64,000 bases of DNA from an uncultured bacterium. Lineage in GTDB: Bacteria; Abyssobacteria; SURF-5. Under the pieces are notes generated by a model. It searched no databases and was not told the DNA's origin. It saw only the letters and a program-made list of their open reading frames with translations. This document shows positions 62,479-64,000 of the stretch, piece after piece. Both the position numbers and the translations under genes were made by a program. The stretch's first letter is position 1; each line of letters begins with the position of its first letter. The stretch is from assembly GCA_964607485.1 (NCBI GenBank), contig CAZSKP010000008.1:1-64000 (forward strand). Reading direction: 5' to 3'.

Positions 62479-63357
62479 GTGGACGTCTCTTTCCTCAAGC
62501 CCGGACACCCGGAGGCGGCGGCACTGGCCGGCGGCTTTTTGCTCTTGCTGGCGCTCGAGGCCGTCTTCCCGCTTCGCCGACGGAAGCGTTCGCGGGCGCC
62601 TCGCATCTTTGTAAATCTCTGCCTCTCCGGGGTGGCCTTCCTCGTCGGGTCGTACGTTGTGAGGCCTGCTTCGCTCGGGCTGTCGGCGTGGACATCGGAC
62701 CGAGCCTTCGGCCTGCTGCACGTTGTCGCGTTGCCGGCGGGCGTCCGGTTCGTCATCGGGTTTCTGCTGATGGACCTCACGTTCTACTACTGGCATCGCG
62801 CCAACCACGTTGTCCCGCTGCTCTGGCGATTCCACAACGTCCACCATGTCGATCCCGACCTCGATGTCACGACGTCGTTTCGGTTCCACCTTGCGGAGAT
62901 TCTGTATTCGACGTGCTTTCGGGTCGTTCAGGTGGGGCTGTTGGGGCTCGCGCCGTTCACCTATATCGTCTATGAATTCTTCTTTCAGTCCGCGACGATG
63001 TTTCAACACAGCAACCTGCGCCTACCCATCCGGGCGGAACGATTGCTGAACAAGGTCGTTGTCACCCCTCGCATGCACGGCATCCACCATTCCGTTGTGA
63101 AGGGCGAGACCAATTCCAACTATTCGGTGATCTTTCGGTGGTGGGACCCGCTTCACCGGAGCCTGCGCCTGAACATACCCCAGTCCGACATCGACATCGG
63201 CGTCGCCGGCTACCGCGAACCGGGAGATAACGGGCTGTGGAGCCTGCTGGCATTGCCGTTTCGGAAACAGAGGGAATACTGGCGCCTGCCCGACGGCACG
63301 CTTTCGGTGCGGGAACCGGCCGGCGAGACAGGCGGCATACACGTCCTGGCGGAGTAA
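62479..63357 (+). CDS. Sterol desaturase / fatty acid hydroxylase family protein
   Basis: His boxes WHRANH, FHNVHH, QH and HGIHH. Confidence 0.9.
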   Translation: MDVSFLKPGHPEAAALAGGFLLLLALEAVFPLRRRKRSRAPRIFVNLCLSGVAFLVGSYVVRPASLGLSAWTSDRAFGLLHVVALPAGVRFVIGFLLMDLTFYYWHRANHVVPLLWRFHNVHHVDPDLDVTTSFRFHLAEILYSTCFRVVQVGLLGLAPFTYIVYEFFFQSATMFQHSNLRLPIRAERLLNKVVVTPRMHGIHHSVVKGETNSNYSVIFRWWDPLHRSLRLNIPQSDIDIGVAGYREPGDNGLWSLLALPFRKQREYWRLPDGTLSVREPAGETGGIHVLAE

Positions 63358-63494
63358 ACGGTGGACCGGTGTCGTCCAAAGCGCCGCCGAACATGGCCTC
63401 CGGGGAGAAAGCATGATAAAGTGGGAAGAAAGAATGAGCGCATGCGGTCAGTACCGACGCGATTCTGGGAGAACTTGGGATGGGGTGAAGGGAA

Positions 63495-64000
63495 ATGAAC
63501 AATTTTGAAAGGCAGATAGAGGCGGTCACCGGCGGAGGACTGCACAGCCTTGAAATCGAGACCCTGCAGGTCAACCTGGGCCTGCGCTGCAACCAACGGT
63601 GTGCGCATTGCCACCTTGAGGCCTCGCCGCAGCGAAGTGAGATGATGGAATGGCCCACCATGCAGGCCGTGCTGGAGGCGGCCAGGAGGGTCGGCTGTCG
63701 GCTTGTCGATTTGACCGGAGGAGCGCCGGAGCTTAATCCCCATTTCCGACTCTTCTTGGATGCCCTTTGCGAGACGGGCAATCGCGTGCAGGTGCGCACC
63801 AATCTCACCGTGCTCCTCGAACCGGGCATGGAGACGATACCCGAATGGTTTCAGGAACGCGAGGTCCAGATCGTGGCCTCCATGCCGTGTTATCTCGAAG
63901 AGAACGTTCGGGCCCAGCGCGGCGCGGGAGCGTATGAGAAAAGCATCGAGGCTATCAAGCGGTTGAACGCCGTCGGCTACGGCTCCGAGTCCCGGCTGCC
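63495..64000 (+). CDS. arsS: ArsS-like radical SAM protein (runs off the window; missing from the ORF track)
   Basis: TLQVNLGLRCNQRCAHCH.EASP.R.EMM, DLTGGAPELNP, RTNLTVL and ASMPCYLEENV..QRG. Confidence 0.82.
   Translation, partial: MNNFERQIEAVTGGGLHSLEIETLQVNLGLRCNQRCAHCHLEASPQRSEMMEWPTMQAVLEAARRVGCRLVDLTGGAPELNPHFRLFLDALCETGNRVQVRTNLTVLLEPGMETIPEWFQEREVQIVASMPCYLEENVRAQRGAGAYEKSIEAIKRLNAVGYGSESRL

Overview
Chromosomal window from a GC-rich, probably diderm anaerobic or facultative bacterium, likely a metagenomic contig: bases 1-33 look like a degraded Nextera adapter. Taxonomy cannot be assigned from the sequence alone. Core genes include two four-subunit 2-oxoacid:ferredoxin oxidoreductase operons, the futalosine menaquinone genes mqnE-mqnA-mqnC, beta-oxidation genes, GH63 and GH1 glycosidases, ltaE, mazG, a PilB/GspE ATPase, many two-component proteins, a CheB-CheR-PAS kinase cluster with no chemoreceptor, a DASS transporter and a 5'-truncated multicopper oxidase. 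Three observations stand out. (1) A near-consensus promoter, a P3-less (tungsten-cofactor-type) Moco RNA motif and an intrinsic terminator precede an OprO/OprP-type porin, suggesting a tungstate/molybdate porin. (2) Several unrelated families of intergenic palindromic repeats occur; two sit directly around small nuclease genes (GxxExxY and GIY-YIG), and several bracket AT-rich, defence-like cargo genes. (3) A 2,127-bp phage-repressor/cro-like segment with TG...CA ends splits a REP palindrome with a 6-bp duplication. All calls come from motif recognition by eye; no database searches or folding programs were run.
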